Source: Macrostomum lignano (taxonomy: Eukaryota). From it: 34,881 nt of DNA. The notes below the pieces were generated by a model. It did no database searches and was not told the origin of the DNA. It was given only the letters and a program-made list of their open reading frames with translations. How positions within the stretch are numbered: position 1 is the first letter of the stretch; every line of letters begins with the position of its first letter. The stretch covers positions 1 to 34,881 of the forward strand of contig NIVC01004799.1 of NCBI GenBank assembly GCA_002269645.1. The letters are read 5' to 3'. Below, one piece after another: positions 31,990 through 34,881 of the stretch. Both the position numbers and the translations under genes were made by a program.

Positions 31990-34024
31990 TTAAGTTATTT
32001 CGGTTTGTGGCCGTTCCAAATATGCGGTCGCAGCAAAATCATATCCTGCTGATGTGCTACCACAAACGGCTGCACCACGAATAAAATGTGCGGCATCTGC
32101 TCCTCCAGTTCGAGCACCAAAACCCATAAGAGTTCCCGTTTTATCTAAATCTCCCCAAGTTCCACTATCATATGTAAAAAAGTTTTGCCCAATTAGCGTA
32201 TATGTATTAGCTGATACATTGTATGTGCTTATTTGATACCAAACTCTTTGATTTAAAATATTAATTTCAAAAAGATGCCAATCGCCGTTATCAATATTTG
32301 CATAAGTTATCGTTTGATCGGCGTCGTTAAGAACATCATTACGAACTGTTGCACCGTCTGATTTTATATTACTCCAAAGAACCCCAACTCTGTCGCGCCA
32401 TTCACTAGCAAACACAATCAAGCCGGCGCGGGTTGTTAACCCGGATCCAAATTCAGTTGTTGGACGTTCGTGACAATATGCATAAAACCAAACCGCATCA
32501 GCACCATCTCCTGTAGAATTAGCGACTCGGAAATAGAAGGAGGCGGAGATATTACGAAAATGGGTGAAATTAAATTGCAACGCTCCAGACTGACCACTTG
32601 CTTCATCAGTAATTCTAGCTCCATTTTGATAATCAATATATACAGCATCTCCAACAAAACTTCCAGTTGGAAAAATATCACCGGCTGTGGTTGGGTTTTG
32701 ATATCCAGTCCAATTGCAAATTACAGGCTCGTACAAAGCGGCATCGATTGCAGGTATTCCATCCAATTTTATTTTATCGTTAAAAGACATTCGGCCATCC
32801 GCCGTTTGTGTTACTCGCGTATCAACATAACCTTTAGTAACAACAGAACTGTTATTGTTTATAGTAGAGATATTAGTAATTGTATTACCTCCCATATCAA
32901 TTGATTGATTAACCACTCCCAAATTTAAATCAAGAATTGTAAACGTCTGTCTATAAATCTGGAAGGTTGACAGACCCGGGTTGGTTGAACCCGAGGTTGA
33001 TGTAAGACAGAACAATCTGAAATATGAATATGTTTTATCAAAATTTTGTGTGACATTAATTGTTTGAGTTGAGTTATTTATTGCTACAGAACTATCCGCA
33101 GGTATTAATACGTCCCAACTTGTATTGTCATTACTTCCTCAAATCGCCATGATGCTGGGTGCTCGTTGAAGGTGATGGCCTACCACGTAAATCAATTTAT
33201 AACACATTATTGCGGAAGGGCATTGACTTGAATCCAATAATCGGTTTGAGTATTATTTGTTGCCCAATCTGTTGAATCATTACCATCAAACGCTTTCCAA
33301 CTTGCAAAATCAGTTGTATTAAATGCAGTGCTTGCGGTTATTGCAAAACCATTTCCACTCCAATCTGCCATGGTAGGTATGTGACCAGTTTCAACCGTTT
33401 GGAATCGATCCTGCTTTAAGGCTCCACCTCCAACTAAATTATCAACCTCCGTTTTGGTATAGGAATCAGTTATATCTCTTTTTAAATTTAAGGAATTATC
33501 AACTTCAGTTTTGCTATAAGAATCAGTTATATCTCTTTTTAAATTTAGGGAATTATCAACTTCGGTTTTGGTATAGGAATCAGTTATATCTCTTTTTAAA
33601 TTTAGGAATTATCAACTTCAGTTTTGGTATAGGAATCAGTTATCTCTTTTTAAATTTAATGAATTATCAACTTCAGTTTTGGTATAAGAATCGGCCGTAT
33701 TGCGTTTTAAATTTAATGAATCATCTATTTGAGTTCGAGAATAAGAATCAGTTATATCTCTTTTTAAATTTAACCCATTGTCAACCTCTGTTTTGTATAT
33801 GAATCGGCTACGTTCCGTTTTAAATTTAGAATTATCTATTGAGTTTTGGTATAGGAATCTGCAACATTTCTTTTTAAATTTAGTTTAGTATCAACTTCAC
33901 TTTTTTTATAACCTTCATCTTCATTAATATATCGGTTATCTCCGAATGTAACACTTATTCCACCAGACGTACCACCACCAGTACTTGATGTTCCGTTCCA
34001 TGAGGGTGTTCCAGAAAATAACAT
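31990..34024 (-). pseudogene. Fibre/spike-like protein: 19-aa repeats, discoidin (F5/8 type C) domain, neck motif, L-type lectin domain; 5' half frameshifted
   Basis: ATG at 34024. About 8 YTKTEVDNSLNLKRDITDS repeats (33445-33910). Discoidin-like AITAS...WKAFDG...W...WIQV...GSNDNTSW...YSYFRL (33000-33360). MGGNTITN...VVTKGYVD. Lectin-like GQSGA...GDGADAVWF...GFGARTGG...H (32020-32640). The 3' 341 codons are open. Confidence 0.75.
33445..33910 (-). repeat. 57-nt coding tandem repeat in the fibre-like gene, ~8 units
   Basis: Eight TTTAAATTT cores spaced 54-57 nt apart. Confidence 0.9.
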
Positions 34025-34075
34025 TTTTTACTGTCTATTTTATAGAGTCTAAAATATCTTAAATACTTCGTGGTT

Positions 34076-34472
34076 TACACGAGCTTCATTCGAAAGTCGA
34101 TATAAAAAATACAACGCCGCTTGCCGCAATAACTTTTATCAAAGTTTGAAACTGTTCGTGATGATCTCCACATAAACGATTTTTAGTATGATTAAATTTG
34201 TCTTTTATTTCCTGTAACGGAGGAAGCGCGTATGAATCAAAAAAATAAACAAGTTTTGGTTTTGAATAAACTGCTGACCAATGAACACCATTTTCTTTTG
34301 TTGTTTCAATATTAACAATGAAACATCCATATCTTGGTAAGTCTTTTATCTCATCCCGCATAACACATCTGAATGGTTTTATTTTTAACTGCCGCGCCCA
34401 ATTTGTTAATTCGATATTGCTTGTTGTGTCTGTTCCATATCTTTGTTTAAAATCATCCCACGTCATGGTCAT
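34076..34472 (-). pseudogene. Adenain-type cysteine maturation protease with a 1-nt frameshift before the catalytic Cys
   Basis: IVN...GVHWSAV...YFFDSY.LPP (His, Asp). QTF-DKSYCG is restored by adding one T at 34141-34143, placing TGC at 34126-34128. Confidence 0.88.
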
Positions 34473-34691
34473 TTTATGTTCCTGAAAAACTCTTGGTTTT
34501 AGTTAGTTTCGTAGGTGTGGGTTTTAACAATTCCTTTCTTATTTATCAGTTGTAACTGCCTTAATTTTGCTAGTTCTAGTTCGTAATTATCTTCAGCTTT
34601 TTAACTTTTTCTGATTGTTTTTTTAGTAAATTATTTTTATTATTACCCATTTTACTATAGGAAACGACAAAGTCTCGAACCTTTGGTTCGG

Positions 34692-34881
34692 CTAAACCTG
34701 TTTTATACGTAAAATTATTGTTATTGACTGCCCACCAAAACTTATTAATCTATCGCTTTCATCTACAATCCTAATATAAATTGATTGAACATTATATTGA
34801 TTTAATGGGTAATATATTGGGGTTTGAGGTGAACAATCATTTTCTCTCCAATTGGAACAGCAAGAAATGGGATTGAATAAA
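34692..34881 (-). pseudogene. C-terminus of a penton/minor capsid-like protein (frameshifted, runs off the window)
   Basis: Reconstructed VPIGEKMIV.PQTPIYYPL...IYIRIVDESDRLISFGGQSITIILRIKQV* resembles the Polinton minor capsid C-terminal pattern; one frameshift and one in-frame TAA. Confidence 0.7.

Larger units (their letters stand above)
24355..34881. mobile_element. Maverick/Polinton (adintovirus-like) endogenous dsDNA virus, left portion
   Basis: AGTAGT terminus, abrupt switch to AT-rich intronless gene-dense DNA, protein-primed PolB, adenain-like protease, penton-like C-terminus and pX-like proteins. The right end lies outside the window. Confidence 0.93.

Noticed and set aside
26226-32904. 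Antisense ORFs within viral genes (e.g. 26226-26495, 28377-28643, 32470-32904)
   Set aside because: Shadow frames of well-supported genes.
24355-34881. Bacterial prophage or contaminant
   Set aside because: The adenain-like protease, pX-like proteins, AGTAGT end and direct junction with a host repeat fit a eukaryotic Polinton better.
24355-34881. Integrase, packaging ATPase and major capsid genes
   Set aside because: Expected for a Polinton, but no motifs were seen in this window, so they are not reported.

Overview
Eukaryotic (invertebrate animal-like) genomic DNA in two parts. Positions 1-24354 are host sequence dense in minisatellites. They contain a spliced NTHL1 (endonuclease III-like DNA glycosylase) gene on the + strand with exons at 6583-6870, 12003-12173, 14048-14310 and 15378-15531. 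Its last intron holds a frameshifted antisense secreted-protein-like gene. Also present are a tRNA-derived SINE, a 553-bp LTR-derived mini-element with a 5-bp TSD, Penelope-like RT fragments, a signal-peptide Ig-like gene and a probable terminal exon of another host gene. From 24355 to the window end the sequence turns AT-rich and gene-dense and is the left part of a Maverick/Polinton (adintovirus-like) endogenous virus. It has an AGTAGT terminus, a ~240-nt nested terminal hairpin, two core/pX-like ORFs, an intact 1196-aa protein-primed PolB with an OTU-like domain, and several small ORFs. It also has a fibre-like gene with discoidin and L-type lectin domains, an adenain-type protease and the C-terminus of a penton-like protein; these last three are frameshifted. 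The major capsid protein, packaging ATPase, integrase and right end are not in the window. All assignments come from motif recognition by eye; no database searches were run.
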